From positions 4,712,001 to 4,776,000 of the forward strand of contig OZ024743.1 of the NCBI GenBank assembly GCA_964016885.1: 64,000 nucleotides of DNA, written 5' to 3'. Shown piece after piece: positions 28,044-40,560 of this stretch. The notes below the pieces were generated by a model, which was not told where the DNA came from, did no database searches, and worked only from the letters and a program-made list of their open reading frames with translations. The translations under genes and the position numbers were made by a program. Origin of the DNA: Eledone cirrhosa. Its lineage: Eukaryota. Numbering within the stretch: position 1 is the first letter of the stretch; each line of letters opens with the position of its first letter.

Positions 28044-29064
28044 TGTATGTATGTATGTATGTATGTATGTATCGATCTATCTATATATTTGTAAACATGT
28101 ATGTAAACTTGAATGTATATATGTATGTGTATGCAGAAAAAATTGTAATGCAATGAACGTGTGAGAAAATCAAAAGATTGAAGTGGAATAAATCACGTGA
28201 GATACATGTATATAAAATATAGCAGCCTTGTCGCAGTCCATCGCCTGGAACAGGTAAAAGAGTAAAAAAGTAATAATATCCTGGAGAAGTTTTAGTCCGT
28301 CATGTAAGCCAGTTGGAAATATTATAAAGCGACTACATGTCTGAACACAGCTATTTAAAGATCTACAGAAACAGAAAATAAAAAGGAAAATAATGCGAAA
28401 AAAATAAATATAATAATGTTGATAATGATGATGAGGGAGGATAACGATGATGATGATGGTAGGGATGATGGTAAAACAGGAAGCGTCAGGGGTAGTCAGC
28501 AGTAGTGGTGGTAATTGTGGTGAGTATTGTTGAGGTAAGTTTGTGATGTGAAAGCGTCTGAACGCGTGTTTTCTATTCGAGTGTCAAACTTATCCGAGAG
28601 ACTTTTAAGAAATGGTTGTCTATGACACAAACAACTTGTACTACTTCTGCTACTACGTCTAAATAATAATAATGACAATGATGATGATGTACATATATAT
28701 AGAGAGGATGAAGAAAATAGGAAAAACAAATATATATATATATACATATATAAGAAAAAAATCAAGTGACGATGATTCTCTAGTAAAAGCACACTCCTAT
28801 ACACTACGCATATACATAATACATGTGCGTACAAGCATGCAAATATACCCTTGCCATCGACACTCAAACCACCGCCATCATGGCTCTCAGCGACGTTCGC
28901 GGACGTGCACACGCGCACAGCCCCACGTCTTCTTGCAGGCGGTGCGGACGTGCGCGCGCGCTCATGCACGTGAACCGGAGAGCAGAATCCCCGGTTCTGT
29001 CAACAACTACGCTTGTACATCTTGCCACAACATTGATTGACGGTGAGATGCATATATACATATA

Positions 29065-29130
<66 letters not shown>

Positions 29131-29335
29131 TACATACATGCGTACATATATACACCACACGCATACATGCGTACATATATACATACATACATCCATGCGT
29201 AAATATATACACATCTACATACATACAAAGATACATAGATACATACATACATTCATAAAACATGCATGAATACATGCATACATGTATGCATACATGCATG
29301 CATACATACATTTATACATGTGTGCACACGCCGCT

Positions 29336-29372
<37 letters not shown>

Positions 29373-29374
29373 AT

Positions 29375-29492
<118 letters not shown>

Positions 29493-29553
29493 CTGGCTGT
29501 GTCAAGATCTACAACACCTTCAAATAATTTCACAGTTTCGGCCTTTATAGAAA

Positions 29554-30033
29554 CTAGCAGAAAACCACCCTTCGGGTGGTTTTCTGCTAGCATGTGTAGT
29601 GTGTATAATGATATTATACGCAGGTATATATACATGTAGATATGATACATCAAATAAAATCGTAATTGACAATATACACAGAAATTGAACGAAGACTGTT
29701 ACACTGTCTTATGTACTCAGTAACGTAATCCATGATACATTAAAAAAAAAGACGATATTATATATAAACTACATTAGGAGAAAATTAGTGACAGAAAATT
29801 AGTATGTTTATTTAAGCGATCGCCACCGGAAGTGTTGACATTTGAAAATTTTAAAGAAGTGAATCTTTAAATAAATAATAAAATATATTTAATGAACAGC
29901 CACTAAATTTAGTAGATAAATTATGTAATATTCATTCATTATTTATTCAAAGTAATCTAACTTATTTTACTAATGGGATAAAAAATTATAAACCGTACGC
30001 AGTCCCGCGCTTCTTACTTTATTATAGTTTAGA
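29554..30033 (-). mobile_element. Candidate non-autonomous Helitron, 480 bp
   Basis: Minus strand A|TCTAAACTATAATAAAG start and hairpin-CTAG|T end; single copy, so boundaries are inferred from motifs. Confidence 0.6.
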
Positions 30034-30289
30034 TTGTTCTTCCAAACCTCTACCCCTAATCACTAATGTCCATTTCGCTTCACGTTCACACACATATATA
30101 CGTTTTTATCCACACATACACATAATAGACATCTCCGACAAATAACCGAAAGTGGCCTCTTCGCGGTGGCCCCAATAGAGTATTTATCAAACATTTCGAC
30201 AGCATGTAGAAACTGACTAAATATACCATCAACCATACACAATTAAGTGTAAAATTAAACTTAGAAGAAATGTGTACATACCGTAATTA

Positions 30290-30368
30290 TATCTCTACCA
30301 TGGTTTCATCCGTATTTTTAGACATCCAATTAATAGGAATGTCTTGAGTTAGGATTCATCAGGAGACA
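30290..30368 (-). ncRNA. Type I hammerhead ribozyme
   Basis: UGUCUC-CUGAUGA-AUCC...GGAU-GAAA-CCAUGG-UA^GAGAUA; palindromic ACCAUGGU stem III, GUA triplet. Confidence 0.87.
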
Positions 30369-30542
30369 AACTCAAAATCAGACATTTAGTTTCAAAATTA
30401 GATTCAAAAATGGCTAAGAATCGCTATGTGGCTGTGGTCAAGCTAGAAAGGATGTGATTGGTTGCTTACGGCGGGTAGGTTTGTTGCTAGAAAGCGCAGC
30501 CAAATATCGCCAAATTGAATCTCAACCCAACGGGAGATTATT

Positions 30543-30863
30543 AAATATAAAGGTTTACATATACATAAAGTTATAGATATATATGTTGCAACCGGTCACT
30601 TTTAGGCTCTATGAAGAATTAATAAATTAAATAATTAGAGCAATATATCATAAATCATGTCCTTAGAATTATTAGATAAAATATATACCGTTTCCTCTTC
30701 CAATTAGCATAATTAACCATATAAAAAATCAATTAGACCAAGCTATAAGAAGAAATGATATATTGCTCTGATTATTTAATTTATTAATTCTTCAGAGAGC
30801 CTAAAAGTGACCGGTTGCAGCATATATATCTATAACTTTATGTATATGTAAACCTTTATATTT
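30543..30863. repeat. Inverted repeat with about 110-bp arms (30543-30651 and 30754-30863)
   Basis: Arms read directly; ends at (TA)n; probably the fold-back part of the element carrying the 30290 HHR. Confidence 0.8.
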
Positions 30864-30864
30864 T

Positions 30865-30971
<107 letters not shown>

Positions 30972-30978
30972 TATATAT

Positions 30979-32150
30979 AACGAAGGAAATGTGGTAAGGA
31001 ACCAGGTGGACCATAACGCACCAAAGTACTCAATACTTGGGGTAGTAGAGTGGGTAATAGGAACCAGTAAGACCCCGACGGCTGAGCTCAAGCCGTTTCG
31101 ACGGCTAATTCTGAACTAAATGAAAATTTATCCTGGTATTTAAATAGCCGATCTTCTCAAGGGGTAATTCCATATATGGTCAAAGTGATTGTCAAAAGTC
31201 AGTAGTAATTCTGTGATTGCAAATTAGTAGGGGAGATGGTGGCTAAACCTGCCAGTAGGAGAAAGAGGGGAGGGGGTGGAGTAGACCCAATCAAGCGTTG
31301 GTAGTGCCAGCTACAGCTGGGCATGAGGTCAAAGAAGATACTGGGGAGGGGGAGGGGGAGGAAGTCGGAACGGTAGTTAGAACAATGAGGGGTAAAAATA
31401 TATATGAAAGAAAAAATACTGAGAGTGAATAAAAGCGAATAAGTGTAAAGAAAAAAGTAAAGCAAGTTCTACGACCTAAGTCTCAGGCTATTGTTAGGCT
31501 AGATAAATAAATAAATAAAGAAAGAAAGAAGTAAAGAAAGAAATAAAGAAATAACGAAATTAGTAAATGAACTAGGTGGGACGGAATAGGCAAGGACCCT
31601 TTTAAGAGGTATAAGTACGTAAATCATACGGTGACGGGTGAACAAATGGTGCCAAAATACTAAAGAGACTACCACGAAATAAATAATAAAGGTTTCTATC
31701 CCGGGCACAATGCCAGCAACCACCCAGTGCAGCAAAGTAAACTAGTACGAGATAATAATTCTGAGTCCCGAAAAAAATATATACTAATGCTAACTCTAAA
31801 AGGTCTTATACAAGCTACATGAAAGTTCGTACGAAGTAAAGGTAGAATACGGAAAAATAAATTCAGAATCCACCCCGCCCAAAAGAAAAGCGAAGAAAGA
31901 AAAACGGAAACGAGAAAATAAGGCATAAGTGCCACTAAGAAATATAGAAGGCACGGAAAATAGTGGGAGCGGTCGGAAAAAGGGGGCAAGTATCCGGGGT
32001 CTAAACCAGCTGCTATAAAAAGCGGAGTCCATATATGGAATTACCCCTTGAGAAGATCGGCTATTTAAATACCAGAATAAATTTTCATTTAGTCCAGAAT
32101 TAGCCGTCGAAACGGCTTGAGCTCAGCCGTCGGGGTCTTACTGGTTCCTA
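30979..32150. mobile_element. PLE-like fold-back, family B, with about 855-bp non-coding spacer
   Basis: Arms about 31058-31175 and 32032-32150, one-sided tail 30979-31057, (TA)n on both sides. Confidence 0.85.
32043..32136 (+). ncRNA. Type I hammerhead with U3-A8 covariant core (mirror copy 31072-31165, minus)
   Basis: ACCCC-UUGAGAA-GAUCGGCUA...UAGCCGUC-GAAA-CGGCU UGAGCUC AGCCG-UC^GGGGU; three GC-rich stems, GUC triplet. Confidence 0.85.
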
Positions 32151-32151
32151 A

Positions 32152-32175
<24 letters not shown>

Positions 32176-32183
<8 letters not shown>

Positions 32184-32199
32184 CGTAAAATAAGAAAAT

Positions 32200-32236
<37 letters not shown>

Positions 32237-32342
32237 TATTTTTTACTTACTTAAATTTTCACTCTGGAGTGAAAATTTAAGTAAGTAAAAAATTTAAAAA
32301 AAAATTTTCTTTTTTTTTTATTTTCTTATTTTACGTCTTTTA
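32176..32342. repeat. Fold-back inverted repeat centred at 32265-32266
   Basis: TAAAAGACGTAAAATAAGAAAA...CACTC-TG-GAGTG...TTTTCTTATTTTACGTCTTTTA. Confidence 0.75.
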
Positions 32343-32462
32343 TATTATTGTTCTGCATTCTCCTGCATTGAACCACCTAGGTACTATGACATAACCTGTG
32401 TATTTGCTAGCATGGGCGTGCATCTGTGCGCTTATGTTAGTTGATATATTAAATTATCTATC

Positions 32463-32493
<31 letters not shown>

Positions 32494-33114
32494 TATAAAA
32501 GAGAAAACACAGGTAAGCATTAAGAGAAGGATTTTATCCAGGTATTTACGACCGTTTCATTGGTAAGTGCAACCTTATATTGCTATACTGCAAATAGCAG
32601 CCACTCAATTATAATTGTTGTTCACAGTCCAAATTTTCAAAATAGTGAGTAAGTTACTCTTGAAATAATTCTTAATATATAGAGAAAAACATTTATTTGG
32701 AATTGTATTTACTAGTATAGAGAGAGAGGAATCAGAAGGTGAGGGGACAGGCGGAATAGTATAGAGAGAGAGGAAGGGGGAAGAGGTAGGAAGTAGAATG
32801 ACAAACTGAGAGGTGGAAGGATTCCTTGGTCAGTTTTGATAGCAGACTTCATGTCGTGGAATGTAGTGAGTTAAAGAGAATTAAATTGATCATAGTGGGA
32901 GGGATGGATAGAGAGGGAGAGAGAGGGGGGAGATATAAAGAGATAAATATATATACATATGTTGATTTAAAACTGCACTATCCACAAGTGTTTTTTAGCC
33001 TTCATATCATGTTCTCCTGTTTTATCTGATGAAAACAAATATTATTGCATGATGATGTTTGTTTTTGAAATGCGCATAATAAAATACATGGAACTCCTTT
33101 AACCATCTTTTGAT

Positions 33115-33170
<56 letters not shown>

Positions 33171-33392
33171 GATAATAATGACAAAAATAAAAGCAAAGAA
33201 GGGGGTGAGAAAGAAGAAAAGAAAAGATAGCCAAGAAGGGGAGGGAAGGAAGGAAGAAAACGAAGAAATAGAAGAGGAATGAGGGAGAAGAGGGGGATAT
33301 ATGTATTGGTTTTGTGGGTAATTAAAGGGTTTAGATACAACAAGAGGGTATAAAGTCTAAGTATATGCAGTTTGTCAGTTGGTAGTAAGAGG

Positions 33393-34250
33393 TTAAGGGT
33401 TCGATTTGTAGTGCGAAAACTTCTCTTTGAGTCTATGGTTACAATAAATTGATCTCTCGATTTTATTGTTGAGTAACTTATTCTTCGAACTTAAGATGTG
33501 GAACAGCTCAAGGTCGCATAATCGACAGCTTCTCATACCACTCTGATATGGAGGCGCGTTCGATAATTTTTTCCACTTCAGGGTGTATTGATGGTTACTT
33601 TCCCTCAGTTGCCAGGTCTTGTTTGCAAGGGTAGTTACATAACGGTGCTGGGAATGTTTCATTGCGTAACGGTGTGTATACCAACGGGCTTTAAATGTAT
33701 TCCCAGTCGCTCCGATGTAATACCATTTCTGGTTGTCTGATTCCACTGTGCATTGGTAAACCATGTTAGACTGCATACATTCATTATGTAATGGACAGGT
33801 TTCAGGTAGGTGGCAGTTACAGTTCTTGTCATGGGCAACTTTGGCATTATTTGTGGGCTGCGATGCCTGAACAAGTGTGTTACGTTTTGTTTGCCTATTA
33901 GTGGGTGGTTGTGTATTAGATATTCCGTTGTGTTCGGTGGTGATTGTATTGTTATTGTTGTAAATTTGTGTTTTGGTGTTGTTATGTATCTTTTTAGCGT
34001 TAAGCATCTTAATGTGTGCTTCTATATTTGGTGCCGTGGAGTAAGATAGTCTAATAGATTTAGTGTTAAGGATTTTGCTGTATCTATGTGAATCTGGAAA
34101 GTGCTTATTTATTATTCTAAAGAAGGTAGAGGGTAGGTTAGTACTAATAGAGGTGTTAAATATGGGGTTATACCAAATATATTTTCTACTGCGTGACTTG
34201 TTTGATTTCGATGTTGTATTTCTATTTGCCGTATACTTTGCAGTTCTATG
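33393..34250 (-). CDS. C-terminal part of PLE polyprotein: linker plus GIY-YIG endonuclease (Naiad-like)
   Basis: Frame is open from the inversion junction: RKYIWYNP..KHFP..LSYSTAPN..CNC..CPL..C..MVY..YIGAT..FKARWYTH..CRLC..E..LLN..CNH; RT domain absent. Confidence 0.88.
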   Translation of the reverse strand, partial: HRTAKYTANRNTTSKSNKSRSRKYIWYNPIFNTSISTNLPSTFFRIINKHFPDSHRYSKILNTKSIRLSYSTAPNIEAHIKMLNAKKIHNNTKTQIYNNNNTITTEHNGISNTQPPTNRQTKRNTLVQASQPTNNAKVAHDKNCNCHLPETCPLHNECMQSNMVYQCTVESDNQKWYYIGATGNTFKARWYTHRYAMKHSQHRYVTTLANKTWQLRESNHQYTLKWKKLSNAPPYQSGMRSCRLCDLELFHILSSKNKLLNNKIERSIYCNHRLKEKFSHYKSNP

Positions 34251-34315
34251 CGTAAATACAATTCCAAATAAATGTTTTTCTCTATATATTAAGAATTATT
34301 TTAAGAGTAACTTAC

Positions 34316-34417
34316 TATTTTGAAAATTTGGACTGTGAACAACAATTATAATTGAGTGGCTGCTATTTGCAGTATAGCAATATAAGGTTGCACTTACCAA
34401 TGAAACGGTCGTAAATA
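34316..34417 (+). ncRNA. Hammerhead with U3-A8 core and long stem II insert (mirror copy 32543-32644, minus, sense to the ORF)
   Basis: UAUU-UUGAAAA-UUUGG...(65 nt)...CCAAU-GAAA-CGGUCG-UA^AAUA. Confidence 0.62.
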
Positions 34418-34622
34418 CCTGGATAAAATCCTTCTCTTAATGCCTACCTGTGTTTTCTCTTTTATACTTTATACTCCAAGATTGAACGGAATTCTTACAA
34501 ACTTGTGGAGTTACCCCTAACCGTACGTTGAAACCATCCATGAAACTGGCTTTCTTAACCAAAAACTGGATCACAATAAGCAATTTTTTGCTTCTCTAAC
34601 TATATATATATATATATATATA

Positions 34623-34792
34623 TTGTTATATTTGGGGAGGGTCATATTTGCGTAATATTGCCAGAATTAATAACATATTTAATAACATAATTTCATATAA
34701 AAAACATAATTTGTTATATTTGGGGAGGGTCATATTTGCGTAATATTACCAGAATTAATAACATAATTAATAACATAATTTCATATAAAAAA
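34623..34792. repeat. 88-bp tandem duplication; related dispersed repeat at about 56483-56713
   Basis: TTGTTATATTTGGGGAGGGTCATATTTGCGTAATATT at 34623 and 34711. Confidence 0.8.
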
Positions 34793-34816
34793 CCTCGCAA
34801 AACTAATTCATCGCCG

Positions 34817-34850
<34 letters not shown>

Positions 34851-37396
34851 GTACGTACATATATACATACATACATACATACATACATACATACATACAT
34901 ACATACATACATACAAACAAAATTTATATATATATATATATATATATGGACAGGCATTCATGTTTTTTTTTTGTTCTTGTTTTTTTTTGTATTAACAAAA
35001 ACATTAAGTTCGAGCTAACATAATTATTGGAATGATACAAAATATAATTTTTAATCAAATGAATTTACTCTCATATGAGACGAACCCCTGTATTAATCCA
35101 ATATGTTCTTTTTTTTATAACGAAAGAGTATGATTAGGGAGATTTGGCAGATCGATTTAATTTGGCGTCAGCCTCCCCAGAAACAGAAACAACAACACTG
35201 GGAAGGCTGTGTCTATGTCCCAAAAACTTTACTTTCAGTTCACCTAATCGTTGTATGCAATGAGCGTTCTCCCCTTTAATACCAAACCACCTGTAACCTC
35301 GCTTTACAAAAGTAGAAAATGAATCGTTGTGACAGAATATTTGCAATTTGGAATCGTGTGGAAATCCTATTGAAGATTAAGATCGATTTGTGAAATCAGT
35401 TTATGGAGACCTCGTCTGAATGCGGTTTACGGTTCAAGATTCAAGCTTTTCCGTTGTTAACTTAATTTTATCTGGGTTAAACCAATTCTAGGAAATTAAA
35501 CTGCAATGACAAGAAATTTTCTACTGACGTGAAATTAATGTTGTATCTAGCCAAGAATAATAATCATAGTCTAATACTATATTCCTTCAATATGTGCGTC
35601 GATTCTAAGGAATTATTACTAGATAATTGAACTGGGATTCATGGATGAGATATTGGACAATAAGAAGGTGTTCAATACAGTTACATCATTAAACTTTTAG
35701 TCCGGCGGCTGAGTCCACATAACTGTCTGTAGATTCCAAAGAATCGTATAGTTCACTAATCTAAACAACGACAGCTTTGCAGATCATTGACGAATATGTT
35801 GTTTGCACAAATTAGTTTAATTTTTGTCAATGAAGAAAAACGCCTTTCATCAGAGGAACAGGTTTGACCATTGCACCCATAACTCACCTCCATAAATTAC
35901 ACAATGCTATAGAATTTACCAAAAATATGGGTTATAAAGAAGTATTATAATCAAATATTTAGTATTTCGTTTCATTTGAATTATATGATCAGGAGTTTTA
36001 CAGTTAGCCATGTAATCATGGTGAGACTCGAGGAGAAGTCGATTTCCAAAGATGGAAGTTGACTAAAATATTTTATTATCGAGAACAGTTTGTTTCAGTC
36101 TGGCCTAGCGGGTAATTTACTGTTACTTTTTAACAAAAGACAATACAATCATAAGAAACCCCCAATGGCACTAAACCACACACTTTTAGAATAAGTGTAG
36201 TCGACATTCGATTATTCCAGTGACTTAGTGCTACTTAATTTATCTGCCCAGAAGAAATTGAAGGCAAAGATCGTAGAGATATGTAATTAAGTATGAAAGT
36301 TAGATTTTTTTTTTTATTGATTCTGAGATCCAATAATTTTAACAATCTCACATAATAAATGTATATTTGATTGATGATGATAATAATCTTAAATATATAT
36401 TATTGCCTTCGATCGTGAATAAAATACATGTTTCGTCAAAGAACAACAAGTGCAGACTTATCCGAACCCAAATGAAACCCAGAGAAGAGTAAAATATTAG
36501 GTAAACACTTCAAGTATAGACTAATAATTAAAATAGCTGTCATTTCTGACGACACTAACACGGTGATATATTAATAATGTTACAATCTGTTGTAACATTA
36601 TCTTTTTTTATCGTCACTATCGGATTAATTTGCCCCTTCAAATGGGATTGGTTAATATCAGGCTGAACCTTTTTTTAGATATGAAATATATAGGTTTTGT
36701 GAATGTTGGATATCTTACTTGGGTGGTAAGTCTGTCTCCCGTGGCAGTGGGTGAGTTGTTCTGCAATCTGTAAGATATTTAACAAAGTAACAATCAAAAC
36801 AAACTAGGTTTATTGACTATGTTTTTATGTCACTTGATGACTTCATTATGAAAGTTCCTACAGGTAATATTACACTAAGCAGAGCAGTATGAGGCCATAA
36901 AAATCTCTCAATCATAAAAACCTGTCTAAAGTTTTAAAAAATATATATATAAAATTAAAAAAATATTATAGTATTGTCTATCCAGACAGATGTGGTCCTA
37001 TATAGTTTCATAAAGTTTCTTTAATTCTATACATATTGTTAGTGATATCATTTAAATGGGTATCATTTCGACATGAATCTCTGTGAATGCAGAAACAATA
37101 TGGAAAGTAAATAGGAGAGGAAATCACCGTTTGACCCCTTAGAGACTAAAATCGTGATGTTGATTAATGAAGATGGAGTACCTTGCAGGTGAGACTTAAA
37201 TTATCTACCAACAAACAATCCCCTTACCCTGAAGATGCAATGATAAAAGATACAGTGTAACGATGCTTCGTCATTTGAATTAATCGCCGGTAATTTATTG
37301 TTATCGTGAAGAATTTGTTGTGTTGTGTTCTCTAATTTTACAAATAAATAGATGGCTTTACACAAAAACATATACAAACACCTGTGCACACATACA

Positions 37397-37510
<114 letters not shown>

Positions 37511-37646
37511 CACACACGCATTTCCCGCTGTTCGGATTTTACATATCTCTATACCCACACCGAATCTCCCATGCATTGAGTACTCCCATGTTTAGTGGTC
37601 CCTCTCTCTCTCTCTCTCTCTCTCCCTCTCTCTCTCTCTCTCTCCC

Positions 37647-37693
<47 letters not shown>

Positions 37694-38432
37694 GTCTTTG
37701 CTTTCTATACATAAGGCCTGGTCGTGTGCTTCCATGGCAAATTCTTTACATTTTTCAATTTGTAAAAATGACCATCGTGTTCCTCGAAAATAGGGAATAC
37801 TAGCTTAGCTCCCTTTCACTGTCACATAACACAGGTAGTGGCGTTGACTACTGTAACCGCCATTTCACAACGAATGCAGTGGGCTAGTGTTTGACCTGTT
37901 CCGAGTAGGCTAACTCCCGCCGATGAAGTTACTCTTAGCCGATTAGGTAATGTTTAATAGCATTACCTAATTTCTGTATACACCAGTCCTACATGGACTG
38001 CCACCAGCAGACAGGGTAACAGAAACTAGTGCCTAGTCATGGAGAAGTAAATTCTCTATCCTCACGAAATCGTTTCTCTCACTATTAACGTATAAGTGTG
38101 CACACAGTTTTCCTTTTTGGTTGGTATCCTAGTGATGCTGGCTTAATTAAAGCATTGAGTGACAGAACGATCGGAGATACAACGGTTCTTCCGATATTAT
38201 TATTATTATTATTATTATTGAATGCCATGGTTGACGGAGGCTCGGCTCTGTAAGGTATAGTAATTTTTAACCGTTAAAACAATTGTAAATTGTTTAAAAC
38301 TTGAACCAAATTGTTGATAAAGACACCCTCCTCCTCGTGAGAGGGGTCTTTCTGTCCGTTATTTGGCCCTTCGGGGTTAAATAACCAGTTATTGGGGTTT
38401 TGTACCCAAAATTTCATTTTAAACAAAAAAAC

Positions 38433-40525
38433 ATGGCTACCAAAAAGAAATTTCATACGTCACTCCCACTCATTCCGTCTTCTTCTTCCTCAATCATCAC
38501 TACAGCAGAGAGAAGATTGTCTCTCTCCCTCCCTTCTTTAAATGTGTCTCTCTCCCTCCCTTCTCTTTCGCAAGCGACGAAAGAAAAGAAAAGTCTCGTG
38601 CAAAGCGTGCAAGGTTTCTCCACGACGACGACGACAGCGACGAAACAGGTGTGCGGGAAATACGAAAACCCAGTTCATTCGTCTGACGTCAGGAATAATA
38701 GCAGTAGCAGCCGTAATAACAACAGCAACAGTGACAATGAAAACAACAGTAGCAGCCGCAACAGCATCACCAGCAGCATAAACAACAACAGCATTAGCAG
38801 CAGCAACACCAACAACAACCACAGCAACAGCGGCGGAGGCAGTAGTCGTAGTACCTGCAGCAACAAAAGTACCAGCAGCTCTGACGACAACAACAACAGC
38901 AGAGAAAAACCAATCTCATTTGCAGGTATTGCGAAAAACTTGGAAACAATCCTCATAACAAATGAGGAATTAGAGGAAGCGAAGAAGATGGTGACAAAGA
39001 ACGGACACCGAGCAATCTGCAAGGCAGCGAAAAATTTTTTCGAAACCCAAGAGCACTGTACGGTCACGTACCGTACAGTAAGTACAAAATCCCGTAGGGT
39101 GGAAAGAGCCACAGAGGCCCAAATACAAAAAGCCTTGGGTCTGTGTGGCAGAGGAAAACGCACATCACCCGAGGCAAAAAATACGCCACCGTAGACGTAC
39201 TTTTTGCCACACCCCAGGAGGCAAAGGCCCAATCAGTAGTGACCCTAAGGAGCGAGGAAATGGTGTTGGTGCCCTCCTACTGCGGGCAAAAAATTGTGAG
39301 GGTCAAACTGACCCACGTCCCCCCCGGAATGACCCCTTCTTGGCTGGCCGCGTCTGTCCTCGTCGGAATCGAGGACAAAACAACTGTACTGCAAGTACGG
39401 AAAAAAGTAAGAGAAGATTGGGTCGGCTCCTCCATTGAGATGCTAATCCAAACCAACCAGGAGTGCATCGAAGCTATCCCGGATGTGATAGACTTCGATA
39501 ACGGCACTCAACTGCCCATAAGTGTTGAGGGCAAACGCCCGAAATGCTTTCGCTGTGGATCGAAGACTCACCTCAGGGCCTTCTGCAACGAGAAGACCCT
39601 GAGAAAGGAGAAAACCCCCCTCCTTCCGAATCCGGCTCCACGGCTACCAGCAACAGGACAAGCGGCAACCAGGAACGATAGGTCCGTGGCACCCATACCC
39701 ACTCCACGGAAATCAAAGACAGCAGCAGCAGTGGAAATATTAACAACAACAACAGCAATACCAAATGCAGCTGCAACAGAGACTCCAGTGCAAACATCAC
39801 CAACAACAACAAGTGAAAGAGTGGAGCTGGTACCCCTCCCCGACCTTACAGAATCAGACATGGAGTGTGAGGTGGGAGAGGGATGGCAAAAGGTCGCAAG
39901 AAGGCACAAACGCAGAAGCAGCGCATCGTCGCCTTTGAAAAGGGAGGAAAGAAATGAGAAAAGGGTAAAGTCTACTGCAAAGAGACCCACAGCAGCAACA
40001 CCACCAACACCATCACCACCCACACCAGCACCACCATCACCACCGGCGACAACCCCACCGCCAACAACACCTTCAACACCACCACCACAAGCACCAACAT
40101 CGCAAACACAACAACAAAACACACACACCCAGCAACAACGACAAGAAAATAGCAGAACCACACCCCACCCCCAGAAAAACAAATGCACGGCAATAAACAC
40201 ACACAACAAGAAACTAATGACTTACATAATTGAACACACAGACATTTCACAACAGGACTACATAATACCAGCACCAATCAAAACGCCAACTAACATAAGA
40301 CTGCTAAAAATAGCACAGAAACAATACACAAACATTAAAACGAAATTCCCCAACGCAGTTGGTGATTTCAGGGACCTAGGAGGAACCATCAATCGAAGAG
40401 TATATTCAGACATTCTCTTAGAAGAGCCGACGACCAGCCGAAGGGACGATTCAACGGTCCCTTCACCAGACGATCAAGTGAAAAGGGATGTAAAAACCAT
40501 CCCTCCTCTACCAAAAGTACGGTAA
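38433..40525 (+). CDS. ORF1 (gag-like, CCHC knuckle), split by one frameshift near 39143-39194
   Basis: MATKKKF start, N/S-rich tract; second frame has CFRCGSKTHLRAFC and a P/T-rich tail. Confidence 0.8.
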
Positions 40526-40560
40526 GTGGTCTTTCCCATCTTTTCCACTCTATTTTAAAC

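Larger units (their letters stand above)
32492..34600 (-). mobile_element. 5'-truncated Penelope-like element with inverted pLTR
   Basis: Arms about 32492-32712 and 34252-34468 enclose a GIY-YIG ORF; tail to 34600; (TA)n flanks. Confidence 0.9.

Noticed and set aside
35134-35370. 70-aa minus-strand ORF with an upstream AG acceptor-like site
   Set aside because: No recognisable domain and no supporting neighbouring exons; cannot be distinguished from chance.
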